Source: Pseudomonadota bacterium
GTDB lineage: Bacteria; Pseudomonadota; Gammaproteobacteria; Steroidobacterales; SZUA-146
Direction of reading: 5' to 3'
DNA: 64,000 bases
Assembly (NCBI GenBank): GCA_039028935.1
Contig: JBCCHD010000004.1
Span: 49,043 to 113,042 of the forward strand
A program made the translations under genes and the position numbers. Positions within the stretch are counted from its first letter, which is position 1. Each line of letters starts with the position of its first letter. This document shows positions 47,130 through 57,357 of this stretch, piece by piece. Under the pieces are notes generated by a model. It was not told where the DNA came from, did no database searches, and worked only from the letters and a program-made list of their open reading frames with translations.

Positions 47130-47936
47130 TCATTGCCTCAGGAATTCGCCTAGCCGCCCATTGACCGGACCGGCGTGCGTCAGCGTAAGCATGTGCGCAG
47201 CACGATCAATGACCGCCAATTGGCCCAAGCGTGCCTCATCGGCCAACGCTTGACTCATGCGCGCCGTGGAATTGGGGTCTGCGCTACCGGTCAGAAACAG
47301 CAGCGGTATCGCGCATGAGCTCAGCCAGGAATCGGACAGGCCCGCCACGCCGGCAAATGCGGCGTAGGCCGGCGCGTAACCACCTCGCGCTGTGGCGTGC
47401 CGTAACCACTTGCGACACAGTTCCGCATTGCCGGCGTCCGATCCATGCGGTCGCTCGCCAAACCAGCGCGTCAATGTCGCGGAATGATCGACTTTGCCGG
47501 TCAACTGTGTCGCGCGCGCCATAACCGCTGCCTGTGCCTTGTCATCGCGCCGATACACCGGCGACACAAGCGCCATTCGACTCACCGGCAACCGACCCCG
47601 CGCACTCAGCTCTGCGGCCAGCAGCGCGCCAAGCGAATGACCCACCACCGCGACTGGTTCAGACGTGAGCGAGCGAAGACCTTCTTCGATCGCCACCGCA
47701 AAGCTCGATAGCGCGTTGTTGTTCGGCGTTTGGGACACCAACGCACTACCGCCATGCCCCGGCAGGTCGACACTGATAACACGATGCTGAGTCGCCAATG
47801 CTTCCTGCTGAGACCGCCACACGTCCGCACACAAACCCACGCCATGCAGCAATACAACCGTCGCGCCCTGACCTTGATCGATCACGCTCAAGCCGCCCGG
47901 CAGCAGACGTCGTTTTGGGAACACCCGCATGGCCAC
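47130..47936 (-). CDS. Alpha/beta hydrolase
   Basis: HGVGL oxyanion region and GHSLGA nucleophile elbow. First gene of the minus-strand operon. Confidence 0.75.
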   Translation of the reverse strand: MAMRVFPKRRLLPGGLSVIDQGQGATVVLLHGVGLCADVWRSQQEALATQHRVISVDLPGHGGSALVSQTPNNNALSSFAVAIEEGLRSLTSEPVAVVGHSLGALLAAELSARGRLPVSRMALVSPVYRRDDKAQAAVMARATQLTGKVDHSATLTRWFGERPHGSDAGNAELCRKWLRHATARGGYAPAYAAFAGVAGLSDSWLSSCAIPLLFLTGSADPNSTARMSQALADEARLGQLAVIDRAAHMLTLTHAGPVNGRLGEFLRQ

Positions 47937-48065
47937 TAATTATTAGGCAAGCTACTCATCGCCATAGAATAAATTAATGTCGCGACCCTTGACGATGCAG
48001 AGACGGCGCGCGTCTTGGCAACCCCGACTGAATACCGCACACTCAGGGCGATTAGGGAGACTTTT

Positions 48066-49067
48066 ATGACCGATCTTACTTTGTCGGTGGACCAGATCCG
48101 CGCGCTTGCTGCCGAGTGCCTGATCCGCCACGGGTGTAATGAAACCAACGCGAACGCGGTCGCAACGACGATTGCTCACGCCGAGCGGGACGGCTGTCAC
48201 TCACATGGATTGATGCGCCTCGCCGGCTATGTCGCCGCACTGGATAGCGGTAAGGTCAACGGACACGCCAATCCGCGCACAATGCAGATCGCGCCGGCCG
48301 TGCTGCGTGTGGACGGAGATGGCGGATTCGCACCGCTGGCACTGGCCGAAAGTCGAGATGAATTCATCGCCCTCACTCAGCACACGGGCATCGCGGCTAT
48401 GGGCATCGCAAACACCCATCATTTTGCCGCGCTCTGGGCGGAAGTCGAACCGCTCGCCACCGCTGGTCTTTGCGCAATGGCCTGTGTCTCCTACAAACCC
48501 GCCGTCATTCCGGCAGGTGGACAACAACCGCTTTATGGCACCAACCCCATGGCATTTGGTTGGCCGCGCAAAGACGCGCCGCCGGTACTGTTTGATCAAG
48601 CCTCTGCCGTAATGGCCCGGGGAGAGGTGATGCTCGCCGCTCGCGAGGGCCACACGTTGCCAGAGGGCGTTGGAGTCGACAAAGCGGGTCAACCAACCAC
48701 CGATCCAAACGCAATCCTCGATGGCGCGTTACTGGCATTCGGCGGCCATAAAGGTTCTTCGATTGCAATGATGATCGAACTTCTCGCCGGGCCATTGATC
48801 GGTGAAGTCTTGAGCTTGGAAGCCGCGGCCAACGACAACAACGATGGCGGCCCGCCGCGTGGCGGCGAATTCTTGCTCGCGATGGATCCCTCTCGCTTTG
48901 GCGATGCCGACGGTTGGGCCGATCACGCTGAGGCGTTATTTGCACGAATCTCAGCGCAACCCGGCGCGCGCCTACCTAGCAGCCGACGCTACGAAGCGCG
49001 CGCAACAGCATTGCGCAACGGCGTCGAGATCAGTCGCGCTGTGCACGATAAAATCCGAGCGCTGTGA
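48066..49067 (+). CDS. Ldh_2 family (malate/L-lactate/sulfolactate-type) dehydrogenase or imine-acid reductase
   Basis: The HGLMR and PFGGHKGS-like (AFGGHKGSSIAMMIELL) motifs are typical of the Ldh_2 family. The ATG at 48066 is preceded by GGGAGA. Confidence 0.75.
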   Translation: MTDLTLSVDQIRALAAECLIRHGCNETNANAVATTIAHAERDGCHSHGLMRLAGYVAALDSGKVNGHANPRTMQIAPAVLRVDGDGGFAPLALAESRDEFIALTQHTGIAAMGIANTHHFAALWAEVEPLATAGLCAMACVSYKPAVIPAGGQQPLYGTNPMAFGWPRKDAPPVLFDQASAVMARGEVMLAAREGHTLPEGVGVDKAGQPTTDPNAILDGALLAFGGHKGSSIAMMIELLAGPLIGEVLSLEAAANDNNDGGPPRGGEFLLAMDPSRFGDADGWADHAEALFARISAQPGARLPSSRRYEARATALRNGVEISRAVHDKIRAL

Positions 49068-49107
49068 TTCACTTACGATCCCCTGATTCTCTTCTTTTGG
49101 AAAAACC

Positions 49108-50553
49108 ATGCAAACCGAACAGTTTCCGAATCTTATTAACGGTGCCTGGATTCAGAGCAACACGTCTATTCGCAACGTCAACCCATCCGATACACGCGAG
49201 GTTATCGGCGACTACGCCTCCGCCACAACATCCGATGTCGACAATGCGGTATCCGCCGCCCGAGAAGCGTTCGACAACTGGTCGCAAAGCGAACTCGAAG
49301 ACCGTAAGCGAATACTCGACTACATCGGCGATGAACTGATTCGCCGTAGCAGTGAACTTGGCGAATTGCTGGCACGCGAAGAAGGCAAACCCAAGGCAGA
49401 AGGCGCCGGTGAGGTCTATCGCGCCGGGCAGTTCTTCCAATATTACGGGGCCGAAGTGCTGCGGCAGATGGGCGAGAACGCCGCTTCTGTGCGACCCGGC
49501 ATCGACATCGATGTGCATCGCGAACCGCTCGGGGTGATCGGCGTGATTACGCCCTGGAACTTTCCCACGGCCATCGCCGCCTGGAAAATCGCGCCTGCGC
49601 TGGCCTATGGGAACTGCGTGGTTCTTAAGCCCGCCGAACTCACACCGGCCAGTGCCTGGGCGCTGAGCGAGATCATCCAACGTAGCGGTTTGCCCCACGG
49701 CGTATTCAATTTAGTCATGGGCGCGGGTAGTGTGGTGGGTGAACACCTTACTCACCACCCCGAGGTCGACGCGGTGAGTTTTACCGGCTCGGTGCCCGTT
49801 GGTCGACATATCGCACAGAATGTCACGGCGCGCATGGCGCGTGTACAGCTTGAGATGGGCAGCAAGAACGCCCTGGTCGTGCTCGACGATGCAGACCTTG
49901 ATCTCGCGGTTTCCTGCGCCGTCGGTGGCGCGTTTGGTGGCACCGGCCAAAAGTGCACAGCCTCGAGTCGACTCGTCGTGCAAGCCGGCATTCATGACGC
50001 GTTTGTCGAGCGCCTCATCGGCGCCACACAAGCGCTAACCGTCGGGCACGCGCTGACCGACGGCACACAAATCGGACCACTTGTCGACGATACCCAGCTG
50101 GCGAAGAACCTAGGATACATTGAGCTCGCCAAAGAAGAAGGCGCAACCCTGGCATGCGGTGGCCACACGGTCGATACCGGGGTGCCCGGTCATTACCTAG
50201 CGCCAACCCTGTTTACCCAGACGCACAACACCATGAAAGTGAATCGCGAAGAGCTGTTTGGCCCTATTGCCTGTGTCATTAAGGTCGATACCTATGAAGA
50301 AGCCCTGGCCGTTTCCAATGATTCAGACTATGGCCTCACGGCGGGCATCATGACTCGCTCGCTCGAACACGCCGCGCATTTTAAACGCCACGCCAAGGCC
50401 GGCTGCGTTATGGTCAATTTGCCCACAGCAGGCACCGACTATCACGTACCCTTTGGAGGCCGAAAGGCATCCAGCTATGGTCCGCGCGAACAGGGCTCGT
50501 ACGCCAAGGAGTTCTACACCATTGTGAAAACCTGCTACAGCAAACCGTACTAG
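49108..50553 (+). CDS. NAD(P)-dependent aldehyde dehydrogenase (2-oxoglutarate-semialdehyde-dehydrogenase-like)
   Basis: ALDH motifs: TPWNFP, LEMGSKNA, GTGQKCTASSR (catalytic Cys), and EELFGP. Confidence 0.85.
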   Translation: MQTEQFPNLINGAWIQSNTSIRNVNPSDTREVIGDYASATTSDVDNAVSAAREAFDNWSQSELEDRKRILDYIGDELIRRSSELGELLAREEGKPKAEGAGEVYRAGQFFQYYGAEVLRQMGENAASVRPGIDIDVHREPLGVIGVITPWNFPTAIAAWKIAPALAYGNCVVLKPAELTPASAWALSEIIQRSGLPHGVFNLVMGAGSVVGEHLTHHPEVDAVSFTGSVPVGRHIAQNVTARMARVQLEMGSKNALVVLDDADLDLAVSCAVGGAFGGTGQKCTASSRLVVQAGIHDAFVERLIGATQALTVGHALTDGTQIGPLVDDTQLAKNLGYIELAKEEGATLACGGHTVDTGVPGHYLAPTLFTQTHNTMKVNREELFGPIACVIKVDTYEEALAVSNDSDYGLTAGIMTRSLEHAAHFKRHAKAGCVMVNLPTAGTDYHVPFGGRKASSYGPREQGSYAKEFYTIVKTCYSKPY

Positions 50554-50556
50554 CCG

Positions 50557-51564
50557 ATGCTCGATCGCGACGATATTCTGATTATCGATGGGCTCCAGTA
50601 CATCAACTGGACACGCGAACTGTATGAGGAGGCTCGCGATCACGGCGTTAATGCCATACATGTAACCATCGCGTACTGGGAGAACACCAAAGAAACGTTG
50701 GCCAACATCGGTCACTGGCATAAGCAGTTTCGCGCACATGCTGACTTGCTGTTGCACGTTCAAACCGCCGACGACATCACCCGGGCACAGCAACAGAATA
50801 AGCTCGGCATTATTTTCGGACTGCAGAACTGCTCACCGATCGAAGACGATCTCACTATGGTGGACATTCTCCACCGACTCGGTGTCCGCATCATGCAACT
50901 GAGCTACAACAACCAAAGCTTGCTCGCCACCGGCTGCTATGAACAGGATGATCCCGGCATCACGCGGTTCGGTCGAGAGGTCATTCGGGAGATGAACCGA
51001 GTGGGCATGGTCGTGGACATGTCGCATAGCGCCGAACGCTCCACGTTGGAGGCAATGGCCATTTCTGAGCGCCCAATCGCCATTACACACGCCAATCCGA
51101 GTGCTTTTCATGCTGCGCTGCGCAATAAATCATCACGCGTTCTGGAGGAATTAGGGCGCTCGGGTGGTATGCTTGGCCTGAGTTTGTATCCGTTTCACCT
51201 TAAGCATGGTTCGGACTGCACGCTCGAGTCATTTTGCCAAATGGTGGCCGACACCGTCGAACTAATGGGTTCAGAACACGTCGGTATCGGGTCTGATCTT
51301 TGTCAGAACTGGGGCTACCAAACACTCGCATGGATGCGCAGCGGCCGATGGGCGGCTGACATCGACCACGGAGAAGGATCAGCCGCTGACCCGGCCTGGC
51401 CGGCGCAGCCAACGTGGTTTCAAAATAATCAACATTTTGGCAATTTGATTAACGGACTTGGGGAAGTCGGTTTTAACGCGGAAGAAATCCGCCGGATTAT
51501 GGGAGGGAACTGGTTGCGGTTTTTTGCATCCTCATTTGATGCAATGGACACCCAGAATACGTAA
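50557..51564 (+). CDS. Membrane (renal-type) dipeptidase, peptidase family M19
   Basis: 335 aa with M19-like pattern (IIDGLQY, VVDMSHS, ITHANP, GIGSDL). Confidence 0.75.
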   Translation: MLDRDDILIIDGLQYINWTRELYEEARDHGVNAIHVTIAYWENTKETLANIGHWHKQFRAHADLLLHVQTADDITRAQQQNKLGIIFGLQNCSPIEDDLTMVDILHRLGVRIMQLSYNNQSLLATGCYEQDDPGITRFGREVIREMNRVGMVVDMSHSAERSTLEAMAISERPIAITHANPSAFHAALRNKSSRVLEELGRSGGMLGLSLYPFHLKHGSDCTLESFCQMVADTVELMGSEHVGIGSDLCQNWGYQTLAWMRSGRWAADIDHGEGSAADPAWPAQPTWFQNNQHFGNLINGLGEVGFNAEEIRRIMGGNWLRFFASSFDAMDTQNT

Positions 51565-53300
51565 TGCCTCCCTTTCCAGCCCAATCGCACTCCCTGCCAC
51601 TACGCGCCGCCGGCGACGTCATGGATCCGTCGCGCCTCGGCGCACACTATCCGACGCGCCTGAGTTTTATGCGTGTGCTCACACGCAAATTAATTCAGGA
51701 CAAATGGGTCATCGATCGTTCGCATTTTCACCTTGGGCCCGACGGCAATGGCGAGGTGCACTATACGATTACCACGCCCAACGATCACTTTACTTTCGTC
51801 GCCTTTATTCATGCTCTCGATGACGACGAGCGATCCGATCGCGTGATTGCCGAACGCTGGGACCTCACCGCGACACTATGTGGCGGCGCCGTAAGCGCCG
51901 AGCACTTGCAGAAGCTACGTGAAAACGTGCCGCTGCAAGAGAAAGGACGGCTCGACAGTCGTTCGATTGTCCTGACTCGCGCCAACAAGAGTTCGCGCAA
52001 CTTTGAGTATGTGGTTGCTCAACTCGCATCGGGCCATCAGCCCAGCGCCGACGCGTTGGCGCAAACCGGTTATCTTTACCGCACTACCGCTGTATACGGT
52101 AGCAGCAAATTCGGCATGGCCGACTGGTCGTTTGTGCGCAGCCGCTTTCCCGACTTCTCAACGCCCTTTGCGGCCGAGATGTTTAGCTGCTATCTGCTTC
52201 GACAGGTGTCCTTCGACATCGCCGAGCACCTCGCCCACTTACGCGCACCGACCACTGCCTGCAGCCTGTCCGCCGACGTCAAACGTTATCTGGGCATCGG
52301 AAACGCGACGGGCCTCGGCATGGCCCCGTTTCTGATTTGCCGACCGCTACTCATCCATCAATGGATGGCGTGTCGTGAGCTCGCACTCGCGCGCGTACGT
52401 GCGAGTGGGCCGGCAACTGATCGTACCCGTGCACGACTGATCAGCCTGCTCAGGCGCGCACGTCAACATCTCAATGAAACCGTGACCGGCAACGAAGAAC
52501 AAAATGCGATCAATGCCACCGCCGCAACCAACCTAGGTCATATCATCGACTTCCTGCGGCACACGGACTGCCACTGGGATCAGTTGATTGAGGAAAGCGC
52601 GCGGTGGTGTCTGGACTCACAGGAAGTCGTGGTGGCCTGCCTCATTGAGCTGTTTCCGCGGTTGGTCGACGATTTGACGCAATCGATGACATCGGATGAG
52701 CACTACGACATTCGCCCAGAGCAGTCACTCAGGTCGCTGCGCGATACACTGGAACACCATTACGACTGGTCCTTGGCAATCGACTTTGACGATCCCGCTT
52801 CACGTCGCATGTTCTGGTATCGATCAATTGAAAAAATGGAGCCACGTCTTGGCGATATTCAGGTCGATGAAGGCGTAGACCGACAGCTCCACCTGGATAT
52901 CGCGCTCCAGGTCAGCGAGCTTTACGATTACGTATGTGAACATCTGCGCCGCCACCCCGACGAACGCGTTGCGCATTTTCTTATCCAATTTCCGATGCTG
53001 CGCTACATTGTTCGACGGGTACAGACCATGGCTCAGACGCTGTACGGCGAGATTCGCGAGAACATGCTGAGTGCTAAAGTGGCCCCCACGAAGCTTATGC
53101 GCGCCAAATTGTCGTTCTTTGGTGCCAGCAAATTCGATCCAAAATCTCGTCTATGGGTACGCAACACGATGTTTCAGGGCGCACCGACGGTTGACGATTT
53201 GACCGCCACGCCGGTTGGCGAGCGCGCAGAGCTCGGCATCAACACCACCCTTGACGATTGGAATTTCCCTTTACTTCCTCAACACGATGCGACTGTCTAG
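51564..53300 (+). CDS. Conserved-looking hypothetical protein (578 aa), no recognisable domain
   Basis: Long ORF with normal composition. The start is translationally coupled to the dipeptidase stop (TAATG at 51562-51566). No TM segment or signal peptide. Confidence 0.75.
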   Translation: MPPFPAQSHSLPLRAAGDVMDPSRLGAHYPTRLSFMRVLTRKLIQDKWVIDRSHFHLGPDGNGEVHYTITTPNDHFTFVAFIHALDDDERSDRVIAERWDLTATLCGGAVSAEHLQKLRENVPLQEKGRLDSRSIVLTRANKSSRNFEYVVAQLASGHQPSADALAQTGYLYRTTAVYGSSKFGMADWSFVRSRFPDFSTPFAAEMFSCYLLRQVSFDIAEHLAHLRAPTTACSLSADVKRYLGIGNATGLGMAPFLICRPLLIHQWMACRELALARVRASGPATDRTRARLISLLRRARQHLNETVTGNEEQNAINATAATNLGHIIDFLRHTDCHWDQLIEESARWCLDSQEVVVACLIELFPRLVDDLTQSMTSDEHYDIRPEQSLRSLRDTLEHHYDWSLAIDFDDPASRRMFWYRSIEKMEPRLGDIQVDEGVDRQLHLDIALQVSELYDYVCEHLRRHPDERVAHFLIQFPMLRYIVRRVQTMAQTLYGEIRENMLSAKVAPTKLMRAKLSFFGASKFDPKSRLWVRNTMFQGAPTVDDLTATPVGERAELGINTTLDDWNFPLLPQHDATV

Positions 53301-54030
53301 CGGCGAATTTCTTGCTCTGCTAAAACGCGCATTTGAAGGCGCCGGCTGGAAGCACGGCCGTTACGAAGACGCGGCCACCACAACTTGGTGGCTGCAAATC
53401 CACGGCATAAATTGGCTACAGTATTTGACTGAGCGCGGACCTCGCCTCTTTGAATCGGCGGCCACGGTTCCCGAGCTGCTGCTCAATACACCGTCGCGCA
53501 GCGTACTTGACGGCATGCGCTCCAGTTACTTGCACTGCGGCGCCGCGGCAACTGATTTGGTTTACGCCAACGCCTGTATTGAAAAACTCACCTCGGTCGA
53601 AACGCGTAACTGCCTCGATCGTGTCATGGTCATACCGGGTCTTGTCACATTGGCACGGCGCAATGCCAGCGCGATTGCTCGCTGGTATTCTCGCACTTGC
53701 CTGCACGTCGCGTTTATCGACGCCGGCGCGACACATCCGACCTACCAGCAGTATTTGCTCCCTCCCATGCACGAAAGCACTACCCAATCTCTTTTTCTGA
53801 TCTGTAGTCTCGACAATGAAGGGGTCAATCACTACCATCGAAGCATACGGTCGCTCGATCAGACCCACACATTGCTGCGTTCGATCAGCCCCGAAGAGTT
53901 TCGCCAAACCGCACAAACTGTGCAGACTGGCGGCATCGAACTACCCGCTGAAGCCATTAACTTTTTCAATGGCTTTGGTAATCGTGTTCTGGTCGAAGCA
54001 TCAGAACAGTCTCGCCAAGGCGCCGGATAA
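53287..54030 (+). CDS. Hypothetical protein (247 aa), no recognisable domain
   Basis: I chose the ATG at 53287; it overlaps the upstream gene by 14 nt. Soluble protein ending in ...EQSRQGAG. Confidence 0.65.
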   Translation: MRLSSGEFLALLKRAFEGAGWKHGRYEDAATTTWWLQIHGINWLQYLTERGPRLFESAATVPELLLNTPSRSVLDGMRSSYLHCGAAATDLVYANACIEKLTSVETRNCLDRVMVIPGLVTLARRNASAIARWYSRTCLHVAFIDAGATHPTYQQYLLPPMHESTTQSLFLICSLDNEGVNHYHRSIRSLDQTHTLLRSISPEEFRQTAQTVQTGGIELPAEAINFFNGFGNRVLVEASEQSRQGAG

Positions 54031-54036
54031 CACATT

Positions 54037-54582
54037 GTGAAAAAACCAACACTCCTCATCTTGGTCCTCGCGCTGTCTCACACAGTGTTGGCCGACGAGA
54101 CCAAGACGACAAACACCACCATCACCACCACAACGACGACGGAAGAAGAGATCGATTGGGGACAGCACTCGCGCGACGGTCGCGAGCGGGTGGGGATGTC
54201 TGGCACCAAAATTCCGGGAAAGAAAAAAGTGTTGCGCTCGACGACCGAAATCTCGCGCACGATCGACATTATGAGCAAGCCCAAGGCCGAGCAGTGCAAT
54301 GCAGACATTGATCTTGAGTACTACCAGAAAGACACGGTAGCAGAAGTGCGCACACTGTTTACGGTGTCAAACTGTGAGACCTTTGACGCTCGCTATCAGC
54401 TCACCGTGCAGTACTTTGACGATGACGGTAATTTTAAGCGCGCCATACATGACGCACAGTGGCCGATCGGCCAGATAGAACGACTCTCGAGTCAGCATGA
54501 GTTATCGGCGAACGCTGAATTGCGCCGCGTATCGTCTCGTGTGGTGGCGTGTGAGTGTATTCAAGACGACGACAGCAAGTAG
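54037..54582 (+). CDS. Small secreted protein with poly-Thr linker
   Basis: GTG start 6 nt after the previous stop. Signal peptide MKKPTLLILVLALSHTVLA, then TKTTNTTITTTTTTEEE. Four Cys in the mature part. Confidence 0.6.
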   Translation: MKKPTLLILVLALSHTVLADETKTTNTTITTTTTTEEEIDWGQHSRDGRERVGMSGTKIPGKKKVLRSTTEISRTIDIMSKPKAEQCNADIDLEYYQKDTVAEVRTLFTVSNCETFDARYQLTVQYFDDDGNFKRAIHDAQWPIGQIERLSSQHELSANAELRRVSSRVVACECIQDDDSK

Positions 54583-54706
54583 CCACACCGACATCGCGTA
54601 GGCACATGGTGCCCACGCGCCGAATCGTCATCGCAGGTCGGCAACGCCAACAATGACCGGCGCACAGATCACCACACGCCTTCATCCACCGGCGGTTCTG
54701 AGGCCG

Positions 54707-56143
54707 TTACTGCGACCGCGTTCTCACGAAAATCGGTCCTTTCACTTCACCAAGCTGTAAGCCATGACCGGTTTGCTCAATCTCAAACGCATACCGCACG
54801 CCGGATGCGGCGACGGGCTTACCGTCGATGAAGCGCGGCCGAAAGAGCGACGTTTCGACACGGAAAATAACCGCCTTGGTCACATCCGGATTGTTCACGG
54901 TGTCCTCAATGATCTGCCAGTTGCGGGTTCGGCCCTTCGATGACACCTGGAATTCGATCACAATACGACCGCCATCGCGCAGGGACCGGTCGATCTCCCG
55001 CCCGTAAAAGGACGTGCGACTCGCCTCATGCCGAATCAGTTTCGGCGCACCAAAAAACTGATTGATGATGCGAGGATCAATACCGTCTTCCCTGGCTTTG
55101 GTAACCGCCTGCTGATAAAAATGCAGCGCCTTACCTTGATGACGCTGCTTGAGGCGATGCCATTTGTCCATGTAACGCTTGTCGCTGCGCATATACCAAT
55201 CGCCTAAATCGGTACGCGCTTTCATAAGATCGATCTGATCAACGTGCTCTTGCGCGGCGTAAATATCGGCCACGCGCGACAGCGCTCTTTCGCCCGTCTG
55301 TGGCGTTTTGGTCGTCGGATGCAAGCTAAACAGGCGCGCCCGCAACCGAAGGGTTTCAATCAAACCTAAGTGGTTAGGGCCAAACGCCTGCTCCTGAATG
55401 TGGATCGCGCGTTCGATCGACTTGCGCACAGCGGGGAAATTGCCGGCTTCTGCTGCCCAGTTCGCGTATTCATGCAGGGCGGGAACAATATTTGGCGAAT
55501 CTTCACCGAACGATTCTTCGGCGGCTCTCAAGGCCAGCTCCTGCTGCATCTTCGCCTTCATCTTCCGCCCTTGCGACATGTACATGCTCGTCAAATCCTC
55601 AAGCAGGTCATCTTGCTCGACGTTGAATATGCCGGAATTACGATGCGTGATGTCTTTCGCTCGAAGCAGCAGCAGTTCGGCCTCTTCTTGGTCGTCAAGA
55701 CTCGACCTGATTCGACCGAGTTCGGTCAGAGGCTTGACTAACTCAGGGTCGAATGGCCCCAGCTGTTTCTCAGCCAAACGAAGGGCCTCACGGTAGTCAA
55801 GTTGCGCCTGCTCTATCTTATCGAGCGACTTCAACGCGTTTGCGCGGCACAGGAACAGCGCAAAGCGGGTGTATTGATGCGCGCCGCGCTGCGCGTTGGA
55901 CAATCCGACGCTCGCGGCCGCTATCGCACCCGCGCTGTCGCCACTTGAAAATTTAGTGTTGCAAGACTGTTCAGCCGACGCCACTTCGCCTCCGGACGGA
56001 TACTGCTCCGTCACGACATTGGCCGAGGCCATCCGCGCAGCCAAGGAAACGCTCGCAATACCGGCAGCGAGTGCTACCGTGATTATGGTTCTTGACGTCA
56101 ATGTTCTTCCCCCCAAATTCACACTGGGCCGTGACACCGACAC
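54707..56143 (-). CDS. Membrane-anchored TPR protein with C-terminal TonB-C-like domain (paralog 1)
   Basis: N-terminal anchor IITVALAAGIASVSLAA. Central TPR/KLC-like repeats. The last ~90 aa follow a TonB_C-like beta-alpha-beta pattern: GGRIVIEFQVSSKGRTRNWQIIEDTV...FRPRFIDGKPVAA. About half the residues are identical to 57358-58752 by eye. Confidence 0.7.
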   Translation of the reverse strand: MSVSRPSVNLGGRTLTSRTIITVALAAGIASVSLAARMASANVVTEQYPSGGEVASAEQSCNTKFSSGDSAGAIAAASVGLSNAQRGAHQYTRFALFLCRANALKSLDKIEQAQLDYREALRLAEKQLGPFDPELVKPLTELGRIRSSLDDQEEAELLLLRAKDITHRNSGIFNVEQDDLLEDLTSMYMSQGRKMKAKMQQELALRAAEESFGEDSPNIVPALHEYANWAAEAGNFPAVRKSIERAIHIQEQAFGPNHLGLIETLRLRARLFSLHPTTKTPQTGERALSRVADIYAAQEHVDQIDLMKARTDLGDWYMRSDKRYMDKWHRLKQRHQGKALHFYQQAVTKAREDGIDPRIINQFFGAPKLIRHEASRTSFYGREIDRSLRDGGRIVIEFQVSSKGRTRNWQIIEDTVNNPDVTKAVIFRVETSLFRPRFIDGKPVAASGVRYAFEIEQTGHGLQLGEVKGPIFVRTRSQ

Positions 56144-56283
56144 GCACTTTTAACCTTCGCGACCCTCATTAAGAGGCGCTATCGTCCTATTAAAAGCACT
56201 CCATCGAGTCCGGCAGCTGCATTACACCCCATTGCTTCTCGCGCGCCGCTCTTTGTTCTATTCCATCCAATTAGACTGATCCA

Positions 56284-56778
56284 TTAGTTCCCTGGCGCTC
56301 GCAACGCGCGTTGCGTCAAGGCCCGTTCATACGCCGCGCGTCGAAACGCCTCATTTGTTTGTCGCATCGCGAGCTTCCGCCAAGCGTCTTCACCCAACTG
56401 CGCAGAGGCGGCGAGACGGCGCGCAGATTCTTCACGAAATTCCGCTCGCGTTTTGCAACGCCGCGTTTTAAGTCGAGAGGCCGCATCGCGACTGACCCGT
56501 TCCGTGCGACAAATCACTTCATTTGGATCAATATCCAAATCCAGTGCCGTGCCCGACTCCATGGCAATCGACTGCTGCAGTTCGCTCATCTCAACCACCG
56601 CTGGACGCGCTCGCTCGGTCAAACGCCGGGCGACTGTGCGGCTACTGTTATCCGACCAGCCAGAACCTCGAAATTCCTGAGCCGACACGGAAAACGGAAT
56701 CGTGATCAACAATAAAAGAAAAGACTGTCGCACTCTCGAACCCTCACAAATTAATTTAATATCGAACATCCAACGCAC
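56284..56778 (-). CDS. Small secreted protein, Cys-bracketed basic motif family (paralog 3, divergent)
   Basis: Signal peptide (SFLLLLITIPFSVSAQE). Motif EVICRTERVSRDAASRLKTRRCKTRAEF. Confidence 0.6.
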   Translation of the reverse strand: MRWMFDIKLICEGSRVRQSFLLLLITIPFSVSAQEFRGSGWSDNSSRTVARRLTERARPAVVEMSELQQSIAMESGTALDLDIDPNEVICRTERVSRDAASRLKTRRCKTRAEFREESARRLAASAQLGEDAWRKLAMRQTNEAFRRAAYERALTQRALRAPGN

Positions 56779-56817
56779 GGATTATCGATACGACGATTTC
56801 CTGAACCCTACTCAACA

Positions 56818-57177
56818 CTAGTATCCCGGCGAAATCTCCCACGCGGCAGCTTTACCACTTGCACGGATTAAATGTTTGCTCCGCATATCACGTTGCTCCA
56901 TGTCGCGCTTCCAGGCCGCCACAGACTGACATTTGTTTTCAACGATTCGCGTGCCGGCCCGTCGCTGTTTTACGCAGACGATTTGCGCCAGCTGTTCCTT
57001 GGTGAGCCCCGCTTTGGATTTCTGTTGTGTTTCCAATTCGGCGTTTTGCGCGCTGTGCCCGACACTTGCGTGTTCGCTTGCACCGGCAATTGGGCCGATC
57101 GCACACACGAACATCGCGACAAATAACCACACCTGCTGTCTGTTCTTCACGCCTGTCTCCTTCAGACTGTCAGTCAC
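56818..57177 (-). CDS. Small secreted protein, Cys-x14-Cys motif family (paralog 2)
   Basis: Signal peptide (VWLFVAMFVCAIGPIAGA). Motif IVCVKQRRAGTRIVENKCQSVAAWK. Confidence 0.65.
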   Translation of the reverse strand: MTDSLKETGVKNRQQVWLFVAMFVCAIGPIAGASEHASVGHSAQNAELETQQKSKAGLTKEQLAQIVCVKQRRAGTRIVENKCQSVAAWKRDMEQRDMRSKHLIRASGKAAAWEISPGY

Positions 57178-57357
57178 CCAGTCTTCTCATTGAGCACTGT
57201 TTATTAATGTATGCGCAAGCGACTTGGCTCGCAAATTTTGTCTTTTAACCTCTTTATTATTGATTTTATGCTCTAACCTACCTTTCAAACACCAAATTTA
57301 TTGCGGCGCATCACTGCGCAAACGTTACACTCGAAACTGACGGCGAGACGACAGTGA

